A stretch of DNA of 64,000 bases from Mobula hypostoma (taxonomy: Eukaryota): assembly GCF_963921235.1 (NCBI RefSeq), contig NC_086108.1, positions 55,120,001-55,184,000 of the forward strand, given 5' to 3'. A program made the translations under genes and the position numbers. Under the pieces are notes generated by a model. The model ran no database searches. It was not told where the DNA came from and worked only from the letters and a program-made list of their open reading frames with translations. Below, one piece after another: positions 36,900-48,410 of the stretch. Numbering within the stretch: position 1 is the first letter of the stretch; each line of letters starts with the position of its first letter.

Positions 36900-39800
36900 G
36901 TTGGGACCCTTTGTGCTGCAGTGATATGTGGACAACATCCATATGTCTACCCCCATCTACACCTTTGTCACGTCCATGAAAAAAATCAATTCAGTAAGGC
37001 AAGTGCTGCTCCAGGCAAACCCATGTTCACTACCCCTAATTAAGCCACAGCTTTCCAAATGCTCATAAATCCTATCCCCTGCAAATCCTGTCCAGTATCT
37101 TCCCTCCACTGAGTTGAGACTCACTGCCCCTGGCTGCTGTGCTTCATGTCTGCAAACTTTACGATGATTTGCCCCACTAATATGATGAACTGAAGGTTTT
37201 GGGACTATTCTAGGCTGCTCTGGGGATTTGGATCTAAGGGCTCAACTTGGTCCAGAATGCTGTTGTTGTTGTTCACGTCTATTGTGTAAATGATTTAGTT
37301 TGTGTTTTTCCCCTTTCTCTGTGGGCACCAGCGGCGGGGGGGGGGGGGGTCTTTTTTTAAAATTGGGTTCTTTCAGGTAATCAAACAGATCTCAAGGTTG
37401 TATAATTTATACATTCTTTGATAATAAATGTACTTTGAAACTTTGAAACCAATCCATAGTTTCCAGGATTATGCCCATTTCTCTCCTGGTCCTCAAATGT
37501 GGCTAGAGAGGACATGAATGACATTGGCCAAGGCTCCAGCAGTCTCATCTTTTGCATCTCTCAAAAACTTGGGACTTGACAACTTTAATGTGTTTCAAGA
37601 GACTGTACACTACCTCCTTCTTTATCTCTAGCATATTAGCAAGCACTGCACTGATCTCCTAATCCAGTAAGTCCTCCTGCTTGGTAAACACTCATACAAA
37701 GAACACATTTCAGGCATCCCTACATTCTCCACCTCCAAATACATATTCCCTTCTTTATCCCTCAGTGGTCCATCCTCTTGCTCTTGATGTAAGTGTACGG
37801 TGCTTTGGAATTCTCTCTAATCTTACTTGCCAAGAATTTTACATGAACCTCACCCCCTACCAGCTCTTCTAATTCCCTTCTTGACTTCTTGTCCTTCTAC
37901 TTTATTATCCTCAAGGGCTCTTTTGATTTGTTTGATTTTAGCTTCCAAAACTTCACATACATTTCCTTTTCCTTCTTGACTCAATTCACCATGTCTCCCA
38001 ACTTTGAAGGTTCCCCTACCCCGCCATCCTTCTCATTCCTTGTTACTGGGACATATCTATCTTGTACTCTGTCTTGCACCCTCCGCACGTCAGATGTGGA
38101 TTCACCCAAAACCAGCTGTTCCCAATTAACTCTTCCTAATTCCTCACTATTATCCACAGAATTTATCCTACTTCAATTTAAGAGGCATACTTGTTGTGCG
38201 GGTCCATTCTTATCCTTACCTGTAGCTATCTTAAAATTTAAGTATTTTTGATCACCAATCCCTTACTGTTCTTCCATTGAATGGCAACTAATCTGACCAG
38301 GCTCATTCCCCAACATAAGGTCCAGTATGTCTCTTCCTGCTCTTGGACTATCTAAATGCTGATTTAAGAAACCCTCCTGAATGTACCTAACAAATGCTAC
38401 CCTCTTTAAACCTCTTGCACTAAGGAAGTCCAAGTCTATATTAGGGAAGATGATATAGACAACCACAGCAACCCTATTGTTTTTACACCTGCATATCTGT
38501 TCCTCAACGTCCCTGTGGCTATCGGGGAGGGAGGTTCGCGGCAGAATTGTAGTCACCTTCATAATGATTGCACTTCCTGATTTTTAAGTTCTACCCATAT
38601 AGACTCAGTGCATGAACCCGCCTTTATGTATTCTCTAAGTGCAGCTGTGATATTGTCCCTGATTAATAGCACAACTCCCCCAACCCCCTTTCACCTCCTC
38701 TCTATGGTTTGTTTTTAAATCTCAAAACCCTGGAACATTCAGCATCCATTCCTACCCCTCTCTCAACCAAGCCTTTGTTATGACCACAACATCACGGGCC
38801 CATGTCCTGATCCACACTCTAAGTTTATTCCCTTACCCGTAATACTCCTAGCATTAAAATACACACACACCAACCCCTCCATCCCATTGTGTCTATTACT
38901 TTACGCCTGCCTGTTCTTACTGGTTATGACATTTATCTTTCTCTTAATCACTCCGTTTGATGACTTGGTGCTCTAGTTCCCATCCCAAGCCAGTTTACTC
39001 CCTCCTGAGTAGCACTAGTGAACTTCCCGGTCAGGATATTGGTGCCCCTCTGTTTGCAATGCAATCTACCCCTCTTGTACAGTCACTCCTGTACTAGAAC
39101 AAGGTTCGAATGATCCAAGAATGTGAAACCCTGCCAACTGAATCAGTTTCTCAGCTAATCCTTCATCTGTTATATATTTCTTTCTATTTCTGCCCTGACT
39201 GGTACATAAAACTGGGAGTAAGCACATATTACCACCTTCGATGTCCTGCTTTTCACCCTCTTTCCTAACTCTCCACACTCACTGTGGAGGACCTCTTCAC
39301 CCTTTCTACCTCCCTGGGTCTTTGACATCAATGTGCACTATGGCCTCTGGCTGTTCAACCACACTCTCCACCCCCAGAATGTTCTGCAGCTGTTCTGAGA
39401 CATCCTCAACCCAGCACTATCCACCACAGAACCTCTTGTCCCCTTGACTATCAAGTCTCCTATCAGTATTGCTCTGCCTGACTTTCCCCATCCCTTATGA
39501 GCATCAGAGCCTGTCACGGTGCCATTGATAACACTGTGTCCTGAGAGGTCATCTGAAAAGGTATTCTCATTGTGAGGGGAAAGGTTACAGGAGGATCTTA
39601 CACTGTCCTTGCCTCTTCTGCTGGTCACCCAACTCCAAATTATCTGTGGCCTTTACTCTTAGGCATGACCACTGTACTAAAGTCCTGTCCATACTGCTCT
39701 TGGCATCCCTGATGACCCAAAGTAATCCAACTCCAGCTCCAGTTCCTTAACAAAGTCAGTCAGGAGCTGCAACTGGATGCACTTCCTGAAGTGATGTCAC

Positions 39801-39900
39801 CTGGGACACTGACAGACTTCCTGGTCTCCCACACCCTGCAAATGGATCACTGCCCTAACTAACATTCCAGCTACTCAAATAGAAACACTAATTCTTAGAA
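36900..39900 (-). mobile_element. Old CR1 LINE (ORF1/EN/RT remnants) with small inserts
   Basis: EN remnant ORF 38263-38562 (VEEQIC, FPNID, ILDLMLGNEPGQ). ORF1 esterase-like AILIGDLIVKG at about 39440-39480. Confidence 0.75.
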
Positions 39901-40037
39901 AAACCTCACTTGCACCGACCTGCTCAGCCTCCGGAACTAAAGTCTCAACCCTCCCGCTCAGCAGCAACACCTATGCTTCAAACATCATCAATTCCTTAAA
40001 ATGGCCGCTCTGTTAGCACCCGCTTTCTTCTTGCACG

Positions 40038-40241
40038 TCTTCTTCTAAAGTCCATCACCCTTAGTGGGGCATAGGCCTCCAAGGGCAGCTTGCCAGAGCC
40101 CTGCGACCTGGACCAAAGGTTGAATGGCCCTCTGGCTTCCAGTTTCAGCACGGTACTCCATGTGCCTTCTAGCCAAAGAGTATTCCTCTCCCAGTGATTT
40201 CTGTTGGTGTTTCTACAGGATAGGGTTGCTAACCCTATTCC
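40038..40241 (-). mobile_element. RTE-derived non-autonomous element that hosts the L1; it continues at 44498-44545
   Basis: (GAA)n-like tail at about 40038-40046. The sequence reads through the L1 TSD as GGGTTGCTAACCCTATTCC|TAACCTTCCTCCTTTCATAGCCGGGCTTGG. Confidence 0.55.
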
Positions 40242-43200
40242 TTTTTTTTTAAATCTTTTTATTGAGTAAGTATACAAAAAAGGTAAGCCATATAAACATT
40301 AATACAATGTTAAAGTATAATAAAATTCCAAAAGATAACAATACCAAAAAGAAAATACTACAAACAATGTAATTTAAGCATAAGAAACCAAGATAACATA
40401 ATAGTATACTAGATTTTATATATATCAATGGAAAAAAAGAAAAAAAAACCCCCCAAAAAAAACCCACCGTGCAACTAACTAAAAGCAAAGCAAAGCAATG
40501 GGCTAACTTGAAACCAAACAGAGTTAAACTTAAAATCACGTCCTCAATCCCGACCTCCATTAAAACAGTGAAAAAAAAACAAGAAGGGTAAATATTACAT
40601 TAAATGAAAATATCGAATAAAAGGTCCCCAAATCTGTTCAAATTTAAATGAAGAATCATAAAGGTTACTTCTAATTTTCTCCAGATTCAAACATAAAATC
40701 GTCTGAGAAAACCAAAAAAAGGTAGTTGGAGCATTAAGCTCTTTCCAATGTTGTAAAATACATCTTTTCGCCATTAAAGTAAGAAATGCAATCATTCTAC
40801 GGGCTGAAGGGGAAAGATTACTAGAAATTTTAGGTAGTCCAAAGATAGCAGTAATAGGGTGAGGAGAGATATCTATATTTAATACCTTAGAAATAATATT
40901 GAAAATATCTCTCCAAAAAGTTTCCAAAGTAGGGCAAGACCAAAACATATGAGTTAAAGAGGCTATCTGCCCCGAACATCTATCACAGAAAGGATTAATA
41001 TGCGAGTAAAAACGCGCTAACTTATCTTTGGACATATGTGCTCTATGAACCACTTTAAATTGAATTAGGGAATGTTTAGCACAAATAGAGGAAGTATTAA
41101 CTAATTGTAAAATCTGCCCCCAATCATCCACAGAAATGGTAAGCCCCAATTCCTGTTCCCAATCTACCCTAATCTTATCAAATGGAGCTTTCCTAAGTTT
41201 CATAATAATATTATAAATCATAGCCGATGCACCTTTCTGACATGGATTAAGGTTAATTATCGAATCTAAAATATATATAGGAGGAAGCATTGGAAAGGAA
41301 GAAAGTATAGTACTTAGGAAATTTCTAACTTGTAAATATCTAAAAAAATGTATTCTTGATAAGTTATATTTATTAGATAATTGTTCAAAAGACATAAGGG
41401 AACCATCTAAAAATAAATCCAAAAACCGTAAAATACCCTTAGTCTTCCAAGTTTGAAAAGCGCGATCCGTAAAAGAGGGAGGAAAAAATATGTTACCTAA
41501 AATAGGAATCGCTAACCCGAATTGATTAAGATCAAAAAATTTTCTGAATTGAAACCAAATACGCAAAGCATATTTAACGATCGGGTTAGAGACCTGCTTA
41601 AGGCGTTTCGAATCAAAAGGAAGAGATGAACCTAAAATAGAACCAAGTGTATAACCCTGAACAGATTGTAATTCCAATGCTACCCATTTAGGAATAGATA
41701 GTATGTCCCGGTCAAGTAACCAAAATTTCATATGTCGAATATTAATAGCCCAATAATAAAATCTAAAGTTAGGTAATGCTAAACCTCCATCTCTCTTAGC
41801 TTTCTGTAAATGTATTTTACCCAGTCTCGGATTCTTATTCTGCCAAATAAATGAAGAAATTTTAGAGTCGACTTTATCAAAAAAAGATTTAGGAACGAAA
41901 ATTGGTAATGCCTGAAACACATATAAAAATTTTGGCAAAAAAAACATCTTAACTGCATTAATACGACCAATCAAAGTTAAATATAAGGGAAACCATTTAG
42001 ATGAAAGTTGAGTAATATGGTCTATTAATGGTAAAAAGTTAGTCTTAAATAAATCTTTATGTTTACAAGTAATTTTAATCCCAAGATATGAAAGGTAATT
42101 ATTAATCAATTTAAATGGAAATTTATAATATAAGGGAAGATGTTTATTAATCGGAAAAAGTTCACTCTTACTAAGATTTAATTTATAACCTGAGAAAAGA
42201 CCAAATTGTGCTAATAACTCTAAAATAGCAGGAATAGATCTCTCAGGATTAGAAATATATAAAAGTAAATCATCAGCATAGAGTGATAATTTATGGGACT
42301 TTAATCCCCGAGTTATCCCAGTAATATTTGAAGATTCTCGAATAGCAATTGCAAGAGGTTCTAATGCAATATCAAATAATAGGGGACTAAGAGGACAGCC
42401 TTGTCGAGTACCACGAAAGAGAGGAAAAAAAGGTGAGTTTAAAGAGTTAGTACGAACCGAGGCTACAGGGGAGTGATATAACAGTTTAATCCAGGATATA
42501 AATTTCAAGCTAAAATTAAACATTTCAAACACCTTAAATAAATAAGGCCATTCTACTCTATCAAAAGCTTTCTCGGCATCTAAAGAAATAACACACTCAG
42601 GAACATTTTGTGAGGGAGTATAAACGATATTTAACAATGTACGAATATTATAAAAAGAGTAACGACCTTTAATAAAACCCGTTTGGTCTTCCGAAATAAT
42701 AGAAGGAAGTACTTTTTCTAGTCTATTTGCTAATAACTTAGAAAAAACTTTAGAATCAACATTTAATAAAGATATTGGTCTATAAGATGCACATTGAGCA
42801 GGGTCTTTATCCTTCTTTAGTATTAAAGAAATTGATGCTCTATTAAAAGATTCCGGAAGTTTACCAAGTTTCAAAGAAGCCTCAAAAACTTTATAGAGCC
42901 AAGGAATCAATAAAGAAGCAAAACATTTATAAAATTCAATGGTAAACCCATCAGGGCCAGGAGCTTTCCCCAGATTCATAGAAAAAATAACATTCTTAAT
43001 CTCATCCATTGTAATGGAAGTATCTAATAAAGAAGACATATCCTGTGAAATCTGAGGGAAGTCTAACTTATCTAAAAAATCATTCATATATTTAGAATCT
43101 CGAGGAGACTCTGATTGATATAAAGAAGAATAAAAATCACAAAAGGTTTGATTAATCCCCACATGATCCAATATCAATCGATCATTTTGGTTATAAATCT

Positions 43201-44497
43201 GATTAATTTGAGATTTAACATAATTAGATTTCAATTGATTAGCCAGCAGCTTGCCAATTTTATCACTGTGAACATAAAAATCACTTCTTGTTTTCTTTAA
43301 TTGGTTTACAATCGAGGACAAGAGTAGTAAACTGTGTTCCATTTGAAGTTCAGTTCTTTGTTTGTATAGCTCCTCAGAAGGAGCCATAACATATTTCTTA
43401 TCAATTTCTTTAATCTTGTCCACAATTGCCATCTCCTCCTGCTTCTGTTTCTTCCTCAAAGCAACGGAATACGAAATAATCTGACCCCGAATATAGGCTT
43501 TAAAAGTGTCCCAAAGTGTGTTAACCGAAATATCTTCTGTATGGTTAATTGTAAAAAAAAGCTCAATCTGTTCATTCATAAAATTAACAAAGTCCGAGTC
43601 CTGAAGCAACAGCGAATTAAAACGCCATTGTCTATTGTTTGGTATATTGGCCATAATTTTAATAGAAAGCTTAAGTGGAGCATGATCCGAAATGGTTATA
43701 GAATCATAATCACATTTAATCACTGAAGGAATGAGACGAGAATCAATAAAAAAATAATCAATTCTTGAATAGGAATGATGAACATGTGAAAAAAAGGAAA
43801 AATCTTTTTCCTGAGGATGCAGAAAACGCCAAATGTCCGTCGACCCAGAATCAGAAAGGAAAAAATTAATCAAATTTGCAGATTTATTAGGTAAAGTCCG
43901 TAAAGGAGCCGAACGGTCCAAAGCTGGAGATAAACAGGTATTAAGATCTCCGCCCCAAATCAATGAAAACTCGTTCAAATTAGGAAACTGATCAAACAAT
44001 GATTTATAAAATTCCGGACAATCCATATTAGGAGCATAAACATTAACCAAAACTACTTTTTTATTAAATAGTAAACCACTAACCAATAAAAATCTACCAT
44101 TCGGATCAGAGATAATATCCTGTTGTATAAAAGTAACTGAGGAATCTATAAAAATAGAGACGCCTCGAATCTTAGCATTGGAGTTCGAATGAAATTGTTG
44201 TCCCTTCCAGAATTTGAAAAAACGTAGTCTGTCCCCCCTCCGTACATGGGTCTCTTGTAAAAATAAAATTTGTGCTTTAAGTCTCCGGAACACTTTAAAA
44301 ACTTTTTTTCTTTTAATAGGATGATTAAGACCATTAGTATTCCAGGAGACAAAATTAATAATAGACTCCATAAATCCTAAAGTCAACCCACAACAAGGAG
44401 GATTGACAATAGGCGCGACCCACAAACCCGGAGAGGAAACAGAACATACAAAAGATACCGGGGAAAAGGACGCAACCAGTACTTCAATAATGTATAT
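40242..44497 (-). mobile_element. Young 5'-truncated L1-clade LINE (ORF2 plus 3' UTR, no ORF1)
   Basis: Poly(A) at 40242-40250 and AATAAA at 40258-40263. TSD ACCCTATTCCT at 40232-40242 and 44498-44508. In element orientation the site is TT/AGGA. Confidence 0.95.
40595..44371 (-). CDS. L1 ORF2p (APE endonuclease, reverse transcriptase, CCHC), intact, 1258 aa from the ATG at 44371
   Basis: Uninterrupted ORF. EN motifs SWNTNGL, LQETH, GGDLN, SRIDY, SDH. RT motifs KAPGPDG, YRPISLLN, DAEKAFD, RQGCPLSP, YADD, YLG. Zinc knuckle CDRC...HMFWSC. Confidence 0.96.
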   Translation of the reverse strand: MESIINFVSWNTNGLNHPIKRKKVFKVFRRLKAQILFLQETHVRRGDRLRFFKFWKGQQFHSNSNAKIRGVSIFIDSSVTFIQQDIISDPNGRFLLVSGLLFNKKVVLVNVYAPNMDCPEFYKSLFDQFPNLNEFSLIWGGDLNTCLSPALDRSAPLRTLPNKSANLINFFLSDSGSTDIWRFLHPQEKDFSFFSHVHHSYSRIDYFFIDSRLIPSVIKCDYDSITISDHAPLKLSIKIMANIPNNRQWRFNSLLLQDSDFVNFMNEQIELFFTINHTEDISVNTLWDTFKAYIRGQIISYSVALRKKQKQEEMAIVDKIKEIDKKYVMAPSEELYKQRTELQMEHSLLLLSSIVNQLKKTRSDFYVHSDKIGKLLANQLKSNYVKSQINQIYNQNDRLILDHVGINQTFCDFYSSLYQSESPRDSKYMNDFLDKLDFPQISQDMSSLLDTSITMDEIKNVIFSMNLGKAPGPDGFTIEFYKCFASLLIPWLYKVFEASLKLGKLPESFNRASISLILKKDKDPAQCASYRPISLLNVDSKVFSKLLANRLEKVLPSIISEDQTGFIKGRYSFYNIRTLLNIVYTPSQNVPECVISLDAEKAFDRVEWPYLFKVFEMFNFSLKFISWIKLLYHSPVASVRTNSLNSPFFPLFRGTRQGCPLSPLLFDIALEPLAIAIRESSNITGITRGLKSHKLSLYADDLLLYISNPERSIPAILELLAQFGLFSGYKLNLSKSELFPINKHLPLYYKFPFKLINNYLSYLGIKITCKHKDLFKTNFLPLIDHITQLSSKWFPLYLTLIGRINAVKMFFLPKFLYVFQALPIFVPKSFFDKVDSKISSFIWQNKNPRLGKIHLQKAKRDGGLALPNFRFYYWAINIRHMKFWLLDRDILSIPKWVALELQSVQGYTLGSILGSSLPFDSKRLKQVSNPIVKYALRIWFQFRKFFDLNQFGLAIPILGNIFFPPSFTDRAFQTWKTKGILRFLDLFLDGSLMSFEQLSNKYNLSRIHFFRYLQVRNFLSTILSSFPMLPPIYILDSIINLNPCQKGASAMIYNIIMKLRKAPFDKIRVDWEQELGLTISVDDWGQILQLVNTSSICAKHSLIQFKVVHRAHMSKDKLARFYSHINPFCDRCSGQIASLTHMFWSCPTLETFWRDIFNIISKVLNIDISPHPITAIFGLPKISSNLSPSARRMIAFLTLMAKRCILQHWKELNAPTTFFWFSQTILCLNLEKIRSNLYDSSFKFEQIWGPFIRYFHLM

Positions 44498-44742
44498 ACC
44501 CTATTCCTAACCTTCCTCCTTTCATAGCCGGGCTTGGCACCGTCTAGGGCACAGCTTTCCCTTTCATAACTGCAAAAATAAGCAACTGGGCAAATGAGTT
44601 CTTCAGTGAAAAATAATACTCAAAAGGTGCTGCCTCCACACCCCCACCCCGCTTCTGTGGCTGCTGCACGTGGACAAACTTGATCAATGGTCAGAAACTT
44701 AGTGCCTATTGAAAGCAGAATGAATTTTGCCCAGCTACTCAC

Positions 44743-44790
44743 ACCGGAGGACATGAAATGGAGTTGCTGATTTATTATCTCGCTGCCAGA
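44743..44790 (-). other. Candidate 48-nt exon of an unidentified host gene
   Basis: Acceptor CTTTCCCCCTTCCCTGTCCCCTGCAG and donor GTGAGT. Open in two frames (SGSEIINQQLHFMSSG or xWQRDNKSATPFHVLR). Lies in non-repetitive sequence. Confidence 0.3.
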
Positions 44791-45857
44791 CTGCAGGGGA
44801 CAGGGAAGGGGGAAAGTCACTGAGGATAGAGTTCTGGCCGTAGCCAAGAGATTTTGAAGGCAACTGCTTTAAGATTTTGTGTCTGCAGTGAAAATGGACT
44901 GTCCCCAGTGGCACTAGGATAGAGTCATGGAGAAGTCTGGTAGAGAAACAGGGTCTTTGGCCCATATAGTCCATGCCAAAACTTTTTAAACTGCCTATCC
45001 CCATTGACATTCACAGGGACCATTGCCCCTTCATACCCCCTACTATCCATGTACCTATCCAAACTTCTCTTAAACATTGAAATCGACCTCACTTGCACCA
45101 CTGGTGCTGGCAGCTCATTCCACACTCTCACAACCCCCTGAGCAAAAGTTTCCCCTCACTTCTCTCCTTTCACCTTTAACTCATGACCTCTGGTTATAGT
45201 CCCATCCAACCTCAGTGGGAAAAACCTACTTGCATTTATCCTATCTATATCCCTCATAATTTTGTGTACCTCTATTAAATCTCCTCTCAATCCTCTATGT
45301 TCTAAAGAATACAGTCCTAACCTATTCAGTCTTTCCTTTTACTGTAACTCAGGTCCGCCAGTCACAGCAGCATCTTTGTAAATTTTCTCTGTACTCTTTC
45401 ATCATTGCTTGCATCTTTCCTGCACACAATACTCCAGATTAGACCTCACCAAAGTCTTATACAACTTCAACATAACATCTCATCCCCTGTACATTGATTT
45501 ATGAAGGTCAATGTGCTAAAAACTTTCTTTATTACCCTACCTATCTGTGATGCCATTTTCAATGAATTACGGATCTGTATTTCCAGATCCCTTTGTTCTT
45601 CCACATTCCTCAGTGCCCTACTCTTCACCGATTAAGACCTACCCTGTTTGGTCCTACCGAAGTGCGAACTCTGCACTTGTCTACATTAAATTCCGTCTGC
45701 CATCTTTCAGCCCATTTTTCCAGCTGATGCAGATCCCTCTGCAAGCCATTATGTCCACTATACCCCAAATGTTGGTGTCATCAACAAATTGGCTGATCCG
45801 GTTATAGGACCTAGCACTGACCCCTGCAGTAGACCAAATGTCAGAGAGGCAACCATC

Positions 45858-46281
45858 AAGAACAAGAACAAGAAAAGAACAGGCAATTCTTGAAGTGTGG
45901 TTCTCTACAGAAGGATCCATCAACAAACACATCAACATAGATCCAGTATATGAACCCTTACAGAGAAAAGAGAAACAAAGTCATCAACAATCAATGAATC
46001 ATCAGTAATCTCGCAATCTGGACAGCGAAGCGAACACTTCCAATGGACCTCTCTCAAAGCTAGCCAGTCAGAATCTTCTACTGCTAAACTGTTCACAGTG
46101 TTTTGAAACAGCCAACAAGATGACAATGTCCAATTAATATCCATTCAGATTCCGGAGGAGTATATAAACTGGCATTCTGAAGAGACAACGCCCTCAACCG
46201 CGCACTGAAGATGGCTTCTCGATTGGAGCCGAAACGTCTGCCTACATTTTGCCAAGCTTGGTGATCAACCAAACTTCCATC
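45858..46281 (+). mobile_element. Penelope-like element 3' fragment (GIY-YIG C-terminus plus terminal region) inserted in CR1
   Basis: Translates QAILEVWFSTEGSINKHINIDPVYEPL, typical of a PLE C-terminus. CCATC is duplicated at 45853-45857 and 46277-46281. Confidence 0.8.
46202..46241 (+). ncRNA. Minimal type I hammerhead ribozyme
   Basis: GCA-CUGAAGA-U-GGCUUC(UCGAUU)GGAGCC-GAAAC-GUC^-UGC. The core is complete, stem II is 6 bp, stem I is GCA/UGC, and stem III is the palindromic ACGU. Confidence 0.85.
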
Positions 46282-47460
46282 CACTACCACTCTCTAGCTT
46301 TTCCCACAAAGCCATTGTCCAATCCAATTTACTACCTTATCTTGAATGCTGAGCAACTGAACCTGCTTGACCAACCTCCCATGTGGGACCTTGTCAAAAT
46401 CCATGCAGACAACATCACTGCCTTGCCTTCATTTACTTTCCTAGTAACATCCTCGAAGATCTCCATAAGATTGGTTAGACGCGACCTACCATGCATGAAG
46501 CCATATTGACTATTTTTAATCAGTCCATCTCTATCCGGTCCCTTAGAATACCTCCCAATGACTTTCCCACAGCCAATGTCAGACTCACCAGCCTATAATT
46601 TCCTGGTTTATATTTAGAACCCTCTTTAAACAGAACAACAGTGGCTATCCTCTGGTACCTCTCCAGTCACGAAGAATGTTTTAAATATCTCAGCTATGGC
46701 TTCAACAATTTCAACACTTGCGTCCCGTTGGGTCTGAAGGGACACCTTGACAGGCCTGGGGATTTACCCACCCTGATATGCCTCAGGGTAGCAAATACCT
46801 CCTCCTCTGTATTCTGTACAGGGTCCATGAAGTTGATGCCGCTTTGCCTCCCTTCTATAGACTCTATATCCGTGTTGTGAGTATATACAGATGCAAAGAA
46901 TACATTTAAGATCTGTTTTGGCTCCACACAAGGATTACTATTCTGATCTTCCAGAGGACTAAATTTGTCCCTTGCTGTCCCTTTCCTCTTAACATGTCTG
47001 TAGAATCCCCTAAGATTCTCCTTTACCTTGTCTGCTAAAGCAACTTCATGCCTTCTTTTAGCCTTGCAGATTTCTTTCTTACGTGTTCTCTTGCATTTCT
47101 TGTACTCCACAAACACCTCATGTGTTCCTACTTACCTATACCTGCTATGCACCTCCTTTTTTTTCCTCTTAACCAGGACCTCAATATCTCTTGAAAACCA
47201 AGGTTTCCTACACCTTTTATCTTTACCTCTTATTCTGACAGGCACATATAAGCTTTGTAATCTCAAAATTTCATTCTTGAAGGTCTCCCACTTTCCAAGT
47301 ACCCCTTTGCCAGAAAACAGGCCATCCCTATCCACACTTGCCAGATTATTTCTGATACCATCAAAATTGGCATTTCTGCAATTTAGAATCTCAACCCACA
47401 GACCAGACCTATCTTTTTGCATATTTACTTTGAAACTAATGGCATTGTGCTCACTGGATG

Positions 47461-48410
47461 GATCTACTGTGATAAGTGTTTTGAGAGGTTGGTCATGGCT
47501 AGAGTCAACTCCTGTGTAAGCAAGGACCTGGACTTGCTGCAATTGGCCTATTGCCACAAGAGGTCTACAACAGATGCAATCTCAGTGGCTCTCCACTTGG
47601 CCTTGGATCTCCTGGACAATAGCAATACCTATGTCAGGCTGCTGTTTATTGACTATAGCTCAGCTTTCAATACAATCATGGTGCTAATCAACAAGCTTCA
47701 AAATCTGGGCCTCTGTACCTCCCTCCTCAACTGGATCCTTGATTTCGTCATCGAGAGACCACAGTCTGTGTGGATTGGAAATAACAAATCCTCCTAACTG
47801 ACAATCAACACTGATGGCCCCTCAAGGATTCAAGGATGAGTGCTTAGCCTACTGCTCTACTCTCTCTATCCTCATGACTGTGTAGCTAGGCACAGCCAAA
47901 ATACTGTGTATCAATTTACCTATGATGCAACTATTGTTGGCAGAATTTCAGATGTATGGAGAGGCCACTGCACAGGATCAGAAAAATTGTGCAGAAAGTT
48001 GTAAAAGCTGCCAGGGGCACCTTGGACACTAACCTTCCCAGCATCCAGGACACATTCAAAAGGGGATGCCTCAGAAAGGCAGCATCCATCATTAAGTATC
48101 CCCATCACCCAGAACATGCCCTCTTCGCATTGCTACCATCAAGGAGGAGGTACAGGAGCCTGAAGGCACACATTCAACGTTTCAGAAACAGCATCTTCCC
48201 CTCCACCATCAGATTTCTGAATGGACAATCAACTCATGAACACTACCTCAGTACTTTTTCCCTCTCTTTTTGCACTCCTTATTTAGTTTTTTTTTAAATA
48301 TATACTTCTTATTCTAAGTTATAGTGTTTATTATTATGCATTGCAATGCACTGCTGCCACAAAACAACAAATTTCCTAACACATACCAGTGATATTAAAC
48401 CTGATTCTGG
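47461..48410 (+). mobile_element. Rex1/Babar RT fragment with an internal deletion
   Basis: [41 protein letters not shown] and FRNSIFPSTIRFLN. Tail ATTAAACCTGATTCTG. Confidence 0.88.

Larger units (their letters stand above)
44920..47460 (-). mobile_element. CR1 LINE, decayed
   Basis: [36 protein letters not shown] and NFDGIRNNLASVD motifs. Confidence 0.88.

Noticed and set aside
44372..44425. N-terminal extension of L1 ORF2 given in the ORF track
   Set aside because: It starts at TTG. The first ATG (44371) sits just before the conserved EN start.
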